The notes beneath the pieces are model-generated. The model was not told where the DNA came from and ran no database searches. It saw nothing but the letters and a program-made list of their open reading frames with translations. DNA of 63,558 nucleotides from Octopus bimaculoides (Eukaryota): positions 54,608,344-54,671,901 of the forward strand of contig NC_068984.1 of assembly GCF_001194135.2 (NCBI RefSeq), in the 5' to 3' direction. Below are positions 35,800 to 48,991 of the stretch, piece after piece (position 1 is the first letter of the stretch; each line of letters opens with the position of its first letter). The position numbers were made by a program, and so were the translations under genes.

Positions 35800-38700
35800 T
35801 ACAACAGATTAGACTATTCTAAAAACCACGACAACATTCTTTTCCAGGTAAATATAACCTTGCTACACCTGCTCTAAGATGGTGCTCAATTCACATTGGA
35901 TTCCTTCCTAATTCTGTCTTGATTTGCTAATCCAGGTTTTGACCAATCTACAAAAGCTACTGCATATCTAAGAAACGATACTGCCCAAGTATTTACAGCC
36001 TTCACTAGATTTGAACCATTTAGCTTTGACTTCATTAACTTCCTCACCTATCTGATGTATTCCTCAATTTTCTTTCGTTTCTCTAGTTTCTTCTCTGTAA
36101 GATTCTAGTACTCTTAGATATTTATAACTTTCTCCTTCTTTCAGTGATTCTAATGTCTGGCCATCTGGTAAGTGAATGCCTTCACTGACTACCTGTCCCT
36201 TTTTTATGAGTAACACTGTGCACTATCTTTCCCAAATTCTATGAATATTATTATTATTATTATTAAGGGAGAAAGCTGGCAGAATTGTTAGCATGCCGGA
36301 CAAAATGCTTAGGGGCATTTCGTCCATCTTTGCATTTCATTTTCACCAAGGTCGAGAGTTAGCCTTTCACCCTTTCAAGATCAATAAAATAAACACTAAG
36401 TTGAGTACTAGATTCAATGTAATCGATTAAACCCGCCCTCCGAAATTGCTGGCCTCGTACTAAAATTTGAAACCATTGTTAATATTATTTTCTTCTTGAT
36501 GTTATTTCTGATAAACAGGCATCTCTAGTCGGCTCCGAGGATATTGGGATTTCCTGCATTTAATTTGATTGAAAGTTTCGTCCTATTTTGCAAGAGAAAT
36601 TTAGAACGTCTGAGTGTCCACCTCTTTGTCCTAGGGTAGGACATAAATTTTATCGTTAGGCATATTTCATATTTTTCATTTTTGCAAATATTGTTTACCA
36701 TTTAAATTTGCTTTAAATTTCTTCCCTTTCTTTGAGAAGTACATAACTGTTCGTTGAAACTGATACTTCTATTAGGAGTGATTTTACTTCCTGATAATAT
36801 CTGCTCATTTATTCTTACTTTGTCTGTTTGTGTAGACTAGTATATTTTTGAATATTATCACTTATCATTTTTTAACACATTTCTGATGAATGTTTATACT
36901 GCCTCTTTCATAATAGCGGCATAATTTCTGTCTTGCCTGTAAGTATATTCTTTCTTGGTTAAACCTGGGTCATTAGACGCAATGTAATTAATTGTTTTTT
37001 CTCGACCTCCACAAATTCTTCAGTTTCTAAACGCATTCCACTTCATTAGAAGTGTTTTATGGTCTCTGGGAGACTCCATTCCTGTGTTACAAACAAAAGG
37101 GCGATTTCGTTCCTGTGCCACAATCAAGAATCCTTCAGTCTCAGGAAGTGATATGCTTTTTCCATGTCTAATTCCACTCTATTTAGTTTATTCAGGTATT
37201 TTGTCATGCGCGTAGTTTTCTCTTTTGCAAATCTAACTACGATAGCTAGCACACCCATGAGATTCCCTTATTTTGTAGCACTTAACTCTTGTTTAAATAT
37301 TTATGTAAATACGCCTTTAATATTGTTTCCTTATTTTTCTTTCATTTATATGACTGTCTTATCTAATTCTCTTTCATTGTTTATTTATGTAATATAATAT
37401 TTTCTCAATTTATTTTTCTCTTTTCAAGTTGGTTGGGCATATTCCTCTTATCCAAATCTCATAACTTCTTATAGTAAATCTATGTAATGTCTGTATGAGT
37501 GTTTCTAGTTGTTTATCATATACAGCGTGAACCTCGAGGTTAACCAAATACAAAAGATGGCTCATTGCCATATCACATTTGTACCTAAGTTGAATCTGAC
37601 TTAACATGTTGGTCGAAGAGATTAGCGCCAGACAGGAAAGGAACTGATACTGGGAGATCCATGGAATATTCGTCTTCTGTTGTCTGCATCTGCAGGATTA
37701 TTTTTCGTTTACTCATGATGCATATAATGCACTTGATTTATAAGTGGTGCAACTTTACTCATGACAAATATTTTCAGAATGCCAGTACAGGGAAACCGTT
37801 AAATGCCTTCTGTCAGTCCACATCTAGCTCTGACCCTTTTCCGCCTCCTGCATGTTCCAATTATAGCCCTACGATTAGTAAGTGATCTTCACAGTTATAT
37901 GATCCTTTCAGCATCCTTTCACTCTTCTGAAAATAAATTTATTTTCCCTGATGCTTCTATGTTATTAAAGTAAAGGCTTTGTAAGCTAAAGGAAGGCTTG
38001 TTATGAGGCTGTACATAAGTTTTCTGCTTTTAGTTCTGAAGATTAAGATGATTTTTCACCTCTCACTGAACCAGTTAGGTGTTTTCGTCTTTGTCAGTAT
38101 CATATTAGACACCTCTGCTAGTGCTGTATGTCAACCTAGAAGTTTTGAATCGTGCTATTTATTAGTACCTGCTGATTCTGTAGCTCTTTGAATGCTTCTA
38201 AAGAACATAGGTTTCCGTAAGCTGGTTTAAATTCTGCATTCGTTGTTTTGAGCAGCCCCATCCGTTGAGATACTTTCGCTATTCATACTTATCCCCACCA
38301 CCTAAAATTTTTCTACTTGCTTTGCTGTAAGTTCCACATTTATTTCCATTTTGTTTTATACCTAGTTTTTTTTTAATCAAAATATTTTGGTTTGGAGTTG
38401 AAATGCTTGTTATGTTCGAAGAACCGTTGTCACCTTTCATACCGAGAAATATTTTGCAATTTAGCAAGAACCTATCCTTTATGGACATATTCTCCATTGT
38501 AACTATTGTATTTGTTGTACCTATTATTTTGGTGATAATAATGTTCGCACATTATGAGTTACTTTCGTTGTAAGATTTTCTAATGATTCTAAATATATAA
38601 TTAGTTCCAATTGATTGTCATCTTTAAGATTTCACTCACTAGAATTTTCTTTTACTTTTCTTGTATTTTCCTCATATTTTTAAAGATAGTTTTTACGTTG

Positions 38701-39000
38701 TTTTCTTCTTTGTTTGGTCAGTGTTCTGTATATACCAAGGGGTTTGAATTTTGATTTTTGTCACACCCTTGTCCTTCCTCTTTTAAGCTCTACTCTTTTA
38801 AATCTTGGGCTCAATCAAACAATTTTTGCATTATTTATCATTTCTTGTGTAGGAATGATTGCATCGACATAACGCTTCGTTCATTTGTATACAAGTAGAC
38901 TGAATTGATTTACCTTTTCGTAAGTTTGTTTTCAAGTGGTATCCGAAAGGCATCCATTAGGAACATTTGTAGCACATTAATTGTCAGAGGTAACAAAATT
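35800..39000 (-). mobile_element. R4/Dong-like non-LTR retrotransposon remnant (RT region), heavily decayed
   Basis: Minus-strand fragments FGKDSAQC..EGIHLPDGQTLESLKEGESYKYLRVLES (cf. FGLDKC..YKYLGILE) and LSCLALISSTNMLSQ (cf. LFCLALxPLS). Interrupted by a SINE at 36265. Confidence 0.72.
36265..36478 (+). mobile_element. SINE family A inserted in an (ATT)n tract
   Basis: Head follows ATTATTATTATTAA; tail AAAATTTGAAACCATT. Confidence 0.82.
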
Positions 39001-39039
39001 AAGTCTTAAGATTAGTCTGTGTATTCCATTATTTTCCTT

Positions 39040-39210
39040 GCACAGGCAAAATATTTAGCGGCATTTCGTCCGTCTTTATGCTCTGAGTTCAAATTCCACC
39101 GAGGTCGACTTTGCCTTTCATCCTTCAGGGTTTATTACTGGGGTCAATGTAATAGACTCACCCACTCCCTCGAATTTTCTTATCTTGTACCAAAATTTGA
39201 AACCAATATT
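39040..39210 (+). mobile_element. SINE family A
   Basis: CATTTCGTCCGTCTTTATGCTCTGAGTTCAAATTCCACCGAGGTCGACTTTGCCTTTCATCC...AAAATTTGAAACCAAT. Confidence 0.85.
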
Positions 39211-39460
39211 AAGCGTCTCCGGTGTTCTAATTCTTATCAGGCTTCTCTTTGCTTTTAATTCTTGTGAGATTGGTAAAATAAAGCATCATTTATGTACTGG
39301 GGTTCATTTAATCGACTAACTTCCCTCAAAGTTGACCTTGTGTTTATATCAATTATTATTTTGCTTTAATATGATATTTATATTGAAACCGGTTAAATTT
39401 TAATTCCTCCCATACTACAATCTATGGTTTAGAATATGAAACATTCTTGTCTCTCACCGA

Positions 39461-39790
39461 TTAAAGTTCTTTCAAGCTGTTCATATATGTACTTGTTTCG
39501 TATTGGAGACTTTCTGGAAAATTATTGCTAGATCTCCTGTACAACATTTCAAGATCAAAATCTATAAATTTCCAAGATTTATCTTTATATTCTTCGCCAT
39601 ATTTGTCAAAACCCCGAAAATAATTGGGAAGATAAAGATCCTTAACTTCTTTATCCCAGTCTTTGAGAAGGTCTTTCTTCAAATCAGTTCCTATTTTCTT
39701 TTCCATTACTCCGGTATCAGCTGGGCAAACCACGTCAGTTAAAAGATACGCTTTCTCAAACCGTAGTATCCGATTTATTGTGCTCTATAC
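39461..39790 (-). pseudogene. Second REL-domain fragment of an R4/Dong-like element
   Basis: IEHNKSDTTV*... (frameshift) ...YLLTDVVCPAD..MEKKI (cf. HNKPDI...IDVxCPxD). Confidence 0.62.
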
Positions 39791-40085
39791 CTCCTTCGAT
39801 TTGTATAGGATTGTGCCTTAACAACTTTAGCTCATCGTTTGCAAGGAGTTTAATTTATGCTTCCACAAAATGATCGTAGCCTTTTATCTGCATACAAAGC
39901 TGAACAACCTCTTGCAAAAACTTCCAGCAGTTTTATAGAATAGTTTTATGTTTATACTCTTGTATTCATTTAGAGCTAAATCTTATCCTTCCGAAACACA
40001 ATCAGCTACAGTTATATCTGTTGTCGATATTCTACATTGGTTACAGCGTCCTCTTTATTTATCGATCTAACTTATTATCATTATT

Positions 40086-40968
40086 AAGACGGCGAGCGGG
40101 ACAGTTGTTACCGTGCCGAACAAAATGTTTAGCGGCCTTTCTTCCGGCTTTACGTTCTGAGTTCAAATGCCACCGAGGTCGACTTTGATTTTGGTTCTTT
40201 TGGGGGTCGATAAAATAAGTACCATTTGAGCACTGAGATCGATGTAATCAACTTATCCCTCCCTTAAAATTACTAACCTTGTGCCAAAATTTAAAACCAT
40301 TATTAAGGCGGCGCACTGGCTGAATCCTTAGCTTACCGAGTAAAATGCTTAGGGACAGTTCGTCCGTCTTTACGTTCTGAGTTGAAATTCTGCTCAGCTT
40401 AAATGTGTCTTTCGTCTTTTTGATATTGATAAAATAAAATACGTACAAGCTGAGCACTGGCTTCAATATAATCAACTAGTCCTCACTCCCGAAACTGCTG
40501 GCCTTTTGCCAAAATTTGAAACCACTATTAAAGCGGTTGGCTGGCGGAAACGTTAGCACGCTGGACAAAATGCTTAGTCACATTTCGTCCGTCTTTTTGT
40601 TCTGAGTTTAAATTTCGCCGTGGTGGTCTTTGCTTTTCATCCTTTCAGGGTAGATAAAATAAGTCCCTGATCATTACTGGGTTCGACGTAAACGGCTGGG
40701 TACCTCCCCCAAAATTTCCTGCCTTGTGTCTGTAGTAGAAAGGACTATTAAGGCAGTGAACTGACAGAAACGTTAGCACGCCGGACAAAATGTTTAGCCA
40801 CATTTCGTCCGTCTTTACGTTCTGAGTTGCAATTCCGCCGAGGTCGATTTTACCTTCATTCATTCGGTGCCGATAAATTAAGTACCAGTCATGCATTGGT
40901 ATTGATATAATCTACTAAACTGCTCTACCAAAATTTAGGCCTTGTGCCTATAATAGAAACGATTATTA
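40086..40968 (+). mobile_element. Head-to-tail array of four full-length family-A SINEs (~220 bp each)
   Basis: Units start near 40086, 40305, 40530 and 40750, each after (A/C)TATTAA. Units 1-2 end GCCAAAATTT(G/A)AAACCA; units 3-4 end TGT(G)(T/C)CT(G/A)TA(G/A)TAGAAA. Confidence 0.92.
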
Positions 40969-43690
40969 TTTGCAACAGCAATAACTGCAGAAGCAGTCAC
41001 GGGAGTAGTTTTGTGTAATGGATTAGCGAAATAAGGAATGCTTTGGATCATAAACCTTAAGTTATTTATCTACGGCCCTTTACATTAGTCTAAATAGATA
41101 TCTCATCATAGTCGACACCAGGCATTTCACCCCACCAGGATCAATAAAATACGTACTAATCAAGTACTAGTAAATTAACACTATTTCTCCCTCTAAAATT
41201 GCGTTCTTTCATCGATGTTAGAAACCATTATAATGTGGTGGGTAGCAAGAGTAGCAATAGAAACGAAATACATCAATCGAACAAGTTTTAATTGATTAAC
41301 TCTGTTTTGAGTAGGTTTCGAACTCAGAACTGTTATCTGACGCTAACAAACTACCGCTTCCTTGACAAACGATTTACAATAATGTTTGTGTCTTTTAGTA
41401 GTGTTTTAGGTATTGCGTTAGTGGGCCGAAAACATACCTAATCCTTAAAAACTATTCGAGAGATTTGTAGAAAGCCACAATAAAAGAAATAATTATAACG
41501 TTACTGCATTAAAGCTTTTAGTTGACGGGCTGGAGACAGAGGGAAGAATCAACGAATGGAATGAAAAACAACCCTTTTTAACACAATATTAAACAAATCA
41601 GTAAGATATAGATGGAAAGACAGACACAAAGAGAGAGAGAGGGAGAAATGTAAAGAGAGAGCGAGAGAGGCGGGGAGAGCAAAAGAAAGTGAATGAGTAT
41701 CGAGCGACATAAAGGCGATGTAAGTGGTAGATTTACTCAGATATGAAAACTAAACATTTTGTTTAGCAATATTCTCGATGCAAGGGAAACATTTTTCTTG
41801 CTAGATCAAACAATATATTCAATAGGAAATGACAAATAAAAACTACAAATAAAATGTAATAAAATAAAAGGAATGAAAATTTCATGAAAGATATATTTTC
41901 TGCGATCACTTTTAATGCTATTTACGTCAGATAATGCTACATCTGATCTGAAGGTGGACTCAGAAAATTGAAATAAGCAGAAATTACAAAGTAGAACTTC
42001 TATAAGCGAGCAAAACATGTACACCAAACAGAAGAAAAAGTGTGGACAAGAGAAACCCAGTATTTGTTTGATGGATTGATTTGTCAATTGACCTTTTTAG
42101 TATGTAGAGAGTTCATGTGCAGTAGTGATTTGAACGCCCACCCACCTCAGCTTGCACCACATTTGACGTTGCTTAATTTTACTGTGCTGACATGGAATGC
42201 TGCTGTTGTGGTGGTCGTGGTGGTGACAGTTCCTATGATAGGAAAAGTAACGAAATTGTAACGTTCATGTAAAATATTATAGTTGCTTAACAATGGTAGT
42301 CGCTAGGGACTTTTGATATGAATACCTTTGGGTGGTGTATTTTCCTTTAAAACGGAAGTGATTCTATAGAAACTTATATTGAATAACATTATTGATTTCT
42401 TACCTTAAGCAGAAGGCTACAAATTTCGACGTAACAGTAATGAAAGTGTGGGATAATCATTCCAAGGGATTTTAACGGCATAAATGAAATGAAAGACTCC
42501 AATCGGGAATCGAAAACCGAATATTCATTAGCAACTTCTCAATAAACAATATCCAGCCAACAAGGGAGTCTCTACATGGTCGCTCGAATTGATAGAAAAA
42601 GCCACAAAATCGCCCACAAACCAAACTCTAGGTTGTAGTTTGGTAGAACTAATAGAGTGTCGGACAAAATTCATAATTTAGTTTCAACTCTGCGGCGTGA
42701 ATTCGAATTCTGTTGATGTCATTTTAGGTGCCATTCTTCTGAGATAAATGAAACATAGTACCAATAAAACGCTATGGTTAATTTAAAATTTATTTCGTAC
42801 CTAGAATGGAATTATAATAATTACAATGGAATTGTAATTAAAGAAAATTAAACCTCCGTTTAAAAGAAAATTTAAAAGAAAATTAAACCTCCGTTTAAAA
42901 AAAAACATGATACGGTGTAGTCATTGATTTGCAAAAAGAAGAGACGGTCACGGCTACACATCATATTGATTTTCTTTTGATTTGGATGGAAATGAAAAGC
43001 AGTATAATTTAAACCATCATACCTTTTCCAATGCTATTAGTAACATAAGCGAAATGCAATGACTACACGAAGAGATGCAGGCTCACCAAGAGCTTATCCG
43101 TGCGCCAACATCCGCCGGCATCAGTACAAGATATCGAATAGTTTGAACTGAAAGCTGTGGTTGCTTAGCTTCCGTCTGATTCAGAATATGGGTCAGTGTT
43201 TAAAACAGCCGGTGTTTTTTAGCATGTGACTTCTATGTTTGTACAAAACATTTCATTCAAGCAGAGAATAAAAAAGATAATGTCAAAATAAATTCATTAT
43301 GAAAGTATCTGATAGACACCTAACAGATCTATTGAAGCGATAAAATAGAAATGTGTTTTTGATAAATTTCGGCTGCAGTACATTTTTGCTCAATAAAAAC
43401 ATTTATCCTAGTTTCGTCTATTTTTAAAATAACAATCTCGGATTAGTATATTCATGACATGTTCACAGAGAATGCATGAATGGTAAAGTGTGCGCACATA
43501 TATATGGATTCTTGCATTCGCTTAGATAATCAGTGTGTGTATTTGCTAAGTAACAACTTAAATTGGGCCCACTGATCTATTCTATGAAACAAACTTATTG
43601 ATTAAAAATATTTCTAGTGATTATAAATATCTAGTGTTTATCTTCAGAAATGGTGAGTCCTTGTCTATGTTATTTAATATACCTATCTTA

Positions 43691-43903
43691 AGGCGGCGAG
43701 CTGGCAGAAACGTTAGCACGCCGGGCGAAATGATTAGCGGTGTTTCGTCCGCCGTTACGTTCTGAGTTCAAATTCCACCGAGGTCAACTTTGCCTTTCAT
43801 CCTTTCAGGGTCGATAAATTAAGTACCAGTTGCGTACTGAGGTCGATCTAATCGGCTGCTCCACTCACCCGAAATTTCGGGCCTTGTGCTTAGAGTAGAA
43901 AAG
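43691..43903 (+). mobile_element. SINE family A, well preserved
   Basis: AAGGCGGCGAGCTGGCAGAAACGTTAGCACGCCGGGCG...GAGTTCAAATTCC...; imperfect TSD AATAT(AC/GT)CTATCTT. Confidence 0.92.
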
Positions 43904-44310
43904 AATATGTCTATCTTTAAAATGATATGTTGTGCTCTAGGAGAGATTTAATTGAATTTTCGAGAGAAGACCTAGAGGCTCTCTGTTTGCTTAGTATTCA
44001 CTGAGGAAATATGTGAAAGTTAGAAATCATAGTAAACTTGACTAAATGCCGTACAGTTGTTGAATTCTTCGTCTTATATTCTGAATTTAAGCCAAAAATC
44101 GTTATGTTGAGTACTGTTTCAAGCATGGTTGTATGCTTAAGAATGTTTGCATCATAACACTATGGTTCTGAGTTCAAGCCTAATGACTTTAAAGTTAGGT
44201 AAGTATCTTTATAACTCCAGGTTGACTATTACCTTGCGAATGAATTTTGACAAACGTCCTTAAGTTTGTCATTATAGTATACAGAATATAAAGAATGCCA
44301 TTCCTATATA

Positions 44311-45390
44311 CAGGGTGTACAGGCTAAATTTGACGATTATTTATGACTCCTTTTTTTGTTTTTCAGGAACAGCTTGATGTATTGGAGAACAGTTAACGAC
44401 GTTGGAGTACAAAAAGATTAAAGTTGTAGATGAGAAAAAGTTATCTGACGTGGAGAATAAATGAAAAACATCTGAATATTGGAAAAGAATTACTTTTACC
44501 ATGATGATTCGCTTCAGGTATCAAAATGCCGACATCATGACTACAGCTCAATGCTCTGTTAATACCGTAAAAACTGTAAGACGTGACATGGACAGCTGCA
44601 ATGGAGACTAGGGCGCCGTGGACTTCAGGAAGGGATACAACCGGTATTCTGACTGAGTCCATGCACTGGAATTCATCCAGCAACTGCAGGAGAAGGTGAT
44701 TGAAGACCTGAGTAAAGGAATCTGGGTTTTGGCGAAAGAGACGGGTGGTGGAGTTGCCACCATGAAGTTAGCCCTGAGTGAGGACCTTTGCTACAACTCG
44801 TACAAGAGGCGTAAGGGACAAATTCTGATACAGCTAAGGACAAGGAGAACCGCATGACGAAGGAAAAGAAGCTCCTGAACAAACTGAGGCGTCTTGTTGA
44901 GGCGGGGATGTTCTGGTTCTTCTCAGATGAAAAGCGCTTCTGCCGGACTAGTTGCACAACACCCAGAAAAACAGTACCAAATATTATGAAAACCAAGTTC
45001 CCACAAACTGAGATGGTTTTGTGTGTGTTTCCAGTGAGGTTAGCGTCATACCGCCCCACATCTTTGAAAAAGGCTTTTAGGCACAATTCCTATGTTGATA
45101 CATATGTGTGATAACAATATCGGTTTCTTTCCATAGCTCCGGAAAGAGCCAGAAGTGGTTGTTGGAGAATTTCTACAACTTCACCTGCCCCAATTTCTGG
45201 CCTCCCCAAGGAGGGACACAGCGAGGAACGCATGTGCTAGGCTCCGGAGCCGTCTCGAGGCCGTGGTGGAAGCTGGAAGGTGAGGGTGGCTACGTTAACA
45301 GTAAATAAGTAGTTTGGAACCTAAAAAGTTACGAACAAATAGTTGCCGGAAATCTAAGCATTCTCACATGATCATGTCCATATCTAAAGT
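44311..45390 (+). mobile_element. mariner/maT-like DNA transposon remnant, internally deleted, right TIR not seen
   Basis: TA|CAGGGTGTACAGGCTAAATTTGAC left end. Peptides KKLLNKLR..GMFWFFSDEK, MKTKFPQTEMV, HSSGKSQKWLLENFYNFTCPNFWPP. Confidence 0.82.
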
Positions 45391-45418
45391 GGTTGCCAGA
45401 AAAGTTGTCGGAAAATCA

Positions 45419-45449
<31 letters not shown>

Positions 45450-45450
45450 T

Positions 45451-45787
45451 GTTGTTGGCACTCCGTCGCTTACAACGTCGAGGGTTACAGTTGATCCGAT
45501 CAACGGAACAGCCTGCTCGTGAAATTAACGTGCAAGTGGCTGAGCACTCCACAGACACGTGTACCCTTAACGTAGTTCTCGGGGATATTCAGCGTGATAC
45601 AGTGTGACAAGGCTGACCCTTTGAATTACAGGCACAACAGAAACAGGAAGAAAGAGTGAGAGAAAGTTGTGGTGAAAGAGTACAGCAGGGTTCGCCATCA
45701 TCCCCTGCCGGAGCCTCGTGGAGCTTTAGGTGTTTTCGCTCAATAAACACTCACAACGCCCGGTCTGGGAATCGAAACCGCGATCCT
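45451..45787 (-). mobile_element. SINE family C (head lost in gap)
   Basis: Reverse complement of 48578-48960; ends GGAGTGCCAACAAC followed by a (GATA)n tail. Confidence 0.88.
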
Positions 45788-46310
45788 NNNNNNNNNNNNN
45801 NNNNNNNNNNNNNNNNNNNNNNNNNNNNNNNNNNNNNNNNNNNNNNNNNNNNNNNNNNNNNNNNNNNNNNNNNNNNNNNNNNNNNNNNNNNNNNNNNNNN
45901 NNNNNNNNNNNNNNNNNNNNNNNNNNNNNNNNNNNNNNNNNNNNNNNNNNNNNNNNNNNNNNNNNNNNNNNNNNNNNNNNNNNNNNNNNNNNNNNNNNNN
46001 NNNNNNNNNNNNNNNNNNNNNNNNNNNNNNNNNNNNNNNNNNNNNNNNNNNNNNNNNNNNNNNNNNNNNNNNNNNNNNNNNNNNNNNNNNNNNNNNNNNN
46101 NNNNNNNNNNNNNNNNNNNNNNNNNNNNNNNNNNNNNNNNNNNNNNNNNNNNNNNNNNNNNNNNNNNNNNNNNNNNNNNNNNNNNNNNNNNNNNNNNNNN
46201 NNNNNNNNNNNNNNNNNNNNNNNNNNNNNNNNNNNNNNNATATATATACCAACACGCAACAGCTCCGCTATTAGTGTAAACTCTCACGCTCACTCCTCCG
46301 TTTCTTTCCT

Positions 46311-46355
<45 letters not shown>

Positions 46356-46694
46356 TTCTTTCACCGAATACAACAATAGTAGAATTTTGACCGAATAGCA
46401 GTGTCTATTTCCTCAATGTTCATTTGAACTAATAGTTAGTTACAACATAATTACTATCCTTATTCATTCTGATAATGTATCGATGCTGATTTAAGCTGAG
46501 CTTATGTCTTAGCTCTTAGGTTCGGAAAATTAATTCACTGTTATACCCCATATTTGTTACTGAATAAGGCTGATTTCAAACGAAACGGGTTAAATTACTT
46601 TCCATTTGTGAGTTTTGAAAATACCCTAAGAGTCTTCTTATAACAAATATAGACATACACTAATTACATTCCTACGCGCGCGCGAACACACACA

Positions 46695-46950
46695 GAGGAC
46701 GCATTGCCTAGTGGTTAGAGCGTTGCACTAACGATCGTGAGATCGTGGTTTCAGTTCTTAGGCCGAGAGGTGCGTTGTGTTGTTGGGCAAAACACTTGAT
46801 CTCCCGTCGCTCTGCGATCACTTCCGCATCTGATGCATGGTTCACCGTTGCACCTGTTCAGGTAAGGTCGATTTGATGAAGAGAGTGAGCCAATGCACGA
46901 CACATACACTATAAACAAATCATTTGTGCAGGTCGTTTCAGAAAATGCTG
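46695..46950 (+). mobile_element. tRNA-derived SINE, family D (head related to C)
   Basis: GGACGCATTGCCTAGTGGTTAGAGCGTTGCAC...GTGGTTTCAGTTCT A/B boxes, then TTGGGCAAAACACTT. Confidence 0.72.
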
Positions 46951-47232
46951 TATATATATATATTGTACGATATAAAGATGATATTTTTTTCGAATGTAGG
47001 ATTGCCGTACGCACAGCAGAAATAATACGTAAAATTACCCTTACAAAGCCGAAGTCGTGAGGGATGTGGGTTCGAGCCCCATACCTGTTTGTTGAATAGT
47101 TTTCCTACTATGTAAGAGTAATTTCCTCAGCGTCTCTGCTGCTCTAACGGCAATTCTGCGTTCGAAAAATATCGTCTTATTTGTATCGTACAATGCACAT
47201 TTTGACGCTTAAAAAAACAAATGTTTGTTTAT

Positions 47233-47269
<37 letters not shown>

Positions 47270-47464
47270 GTAGTAATAAATACATAGAGTATGGAGACTA
47301 TATACTCCAGACGATATTACTGTCCAGCGAAGCGAACTTGGAATTACCCAACGGAAAGTTTCACAGAGTGACTGACAACTAATAGTCACAGACGATCGCT
47401 GTGGTTACCCGTAAACTGGAACTTAACTGATGGCCACCACGAAATCCGCCTGAATATATAATAG

Positions 47465-47500
<36 letters not shown>

Positions 47501-48029
47501 NNNNNNNNNNNNNNNNNNNNNNNNNNNNNNNNNNNNNNNNNNNNNNNNNNNNNNNNNNNNNNNNNNNNNNNNNNNNNNNNNNNNNNNNNNNNNNNNNNNN
47601 NNNNNNNNNNNNNNNNNNNNNNNNNNNNNNNNNNNNNNNNNNNNNNNNNNNNNNNNNNNNNNNNNNNNNNNNNNNNNNNNNNNNNNNNNNNNNNNNNNNN
47701 NNNNNNNNNNNNNNNNNNNNNNNNNNNNNNNNNNNNNNNNNNNNNNNNNNNNNNNNNNNNNNNNNNNNNNNNNNNNNNNNNNNNNNNNNNNNNNNNNNNN
47801 NNNNNNNNNNNNNNNNNNNNNNNNNNNNNNNNNNNNNNNNNNNNNNNNNNNNNNNNNNNNNNNNNNNNNNNNNNNNNNNNNNNNNNNNNNNNNNNNNNNN
47901 NNNNNNNNNNNNNNNNNNNNNNNNNNNNNNNNNNNNNNNNNNNNNNNNNNNNNNNNNNNNNNNNNNNNNNNNNNNNNNNNNNNNNNNNNNNNNNNNNNNN
48001 NNNNNNNNNNNNNNNNNNNNNNNNNNNNN

Positions 48030-48069
<40 letters not shown>

Positions 48070-48434
48070 GGGAGAGAAACACATACATGCATTATTAGCA
48101 TACTAAATTTGATGATTGTTTTAAAATTCATTGACACTCTCCTAAACTGCTCCACTAAGGAATTAAAAACTACATCAAAATTACTGCGTGAATAATGTAC
48201 ACTATGTAACGAAAATAACAAGAAAACACATCTGAATTAATACATAATAAATAACCGTAGCTCAGCTTAAGTTTCGTACTTGAGCTTGCGTGACCATCAG
48301 AGGAGGTGGGGAATCAATTTAAAGTTATTTTTTCTGATACACATCCTATAGTAACTATAAAATAAAGAAGATTACTCATACGCAAAACGATAAATAGTAG
48401 GAACTTAAAATATACTTTACTGAACTGACATACA

Positions 48435-48465
<31 letters not shown>

Positions 48466-48577
48466 GTGTGCATCGATTTATGTATGTATGCATCTTTGTA
48501 TTTACGTAAGCACGTGTGTATGCATTTGTTTTTATCGTCTATGTATGTATGTATGTTTCTATCTATCTATATTTCAT

Positions 48578-48960
48578 GGAGGCGCAATGGCTCTGTGGTT
48601 AGGGCAGTGGACTCGCGGTCATGGGATCGCGGTTTCGATTCCCAGACGGAGCGTTGTGAATATTTATTGAGCGAAACACATAAAGCTCCACGAGGATCAA
48701 GCAGTGAGTGGTGGTGAACACTGCTGTACTCTTTCACCACAACTTTCTCTCACTCCTTCTTCCTGTATCTGTTGTACTTGTATTTCAAAGGGCCAACTTT
48801 GTCACACACTGTATCACGCTGAATCTACCCGAGAACTACGTTAAGGGTACACGTGCCTGTAGAGTGCTCAACCACTTGCACATTAATTTCACGAGTAGGC
48901 TGGTTTCCGTTGATCGGATCAACTGGGATCCACGTCTTCGTAACCGACAGAGTGCCACGA
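48578..48960 (+). mobile_element. tRNA-derived SINE family C, full length (~380 bp)
   Basis: GGAGGCGCAATGGCTCTGTGGTTAGGGCAG (A box), GGTTTCGATTCCC (B box); high identity to 45451-45787; (CTAT)n tail. Confidence 0.9.

Positions 48961-48991
<31 letters not shown>

Noticed and set aside
40086-40968. Periodic array as a CRISPR or satellite locus
   Set aside because: Units are whole ~220-bp SINEs with Pol III boxes. No repeat-spacer structure and no cas genes.
42840-42901. 26-bp direct repeat AAAGAAAATTAAACCTCCGTTTAAAA; also a ~25-bp tandem duplication near 53965-54010
   Set aside because: Simple local slippage duplications with no further structure.
47040-47100. tRNA-like GGGATGTGGGTTCGAGCCCCATAC
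   Set aside because: Only a T-arm/B-box is recognisable and I cannot fold a cloverleaf. Likely a decayed SINE head.
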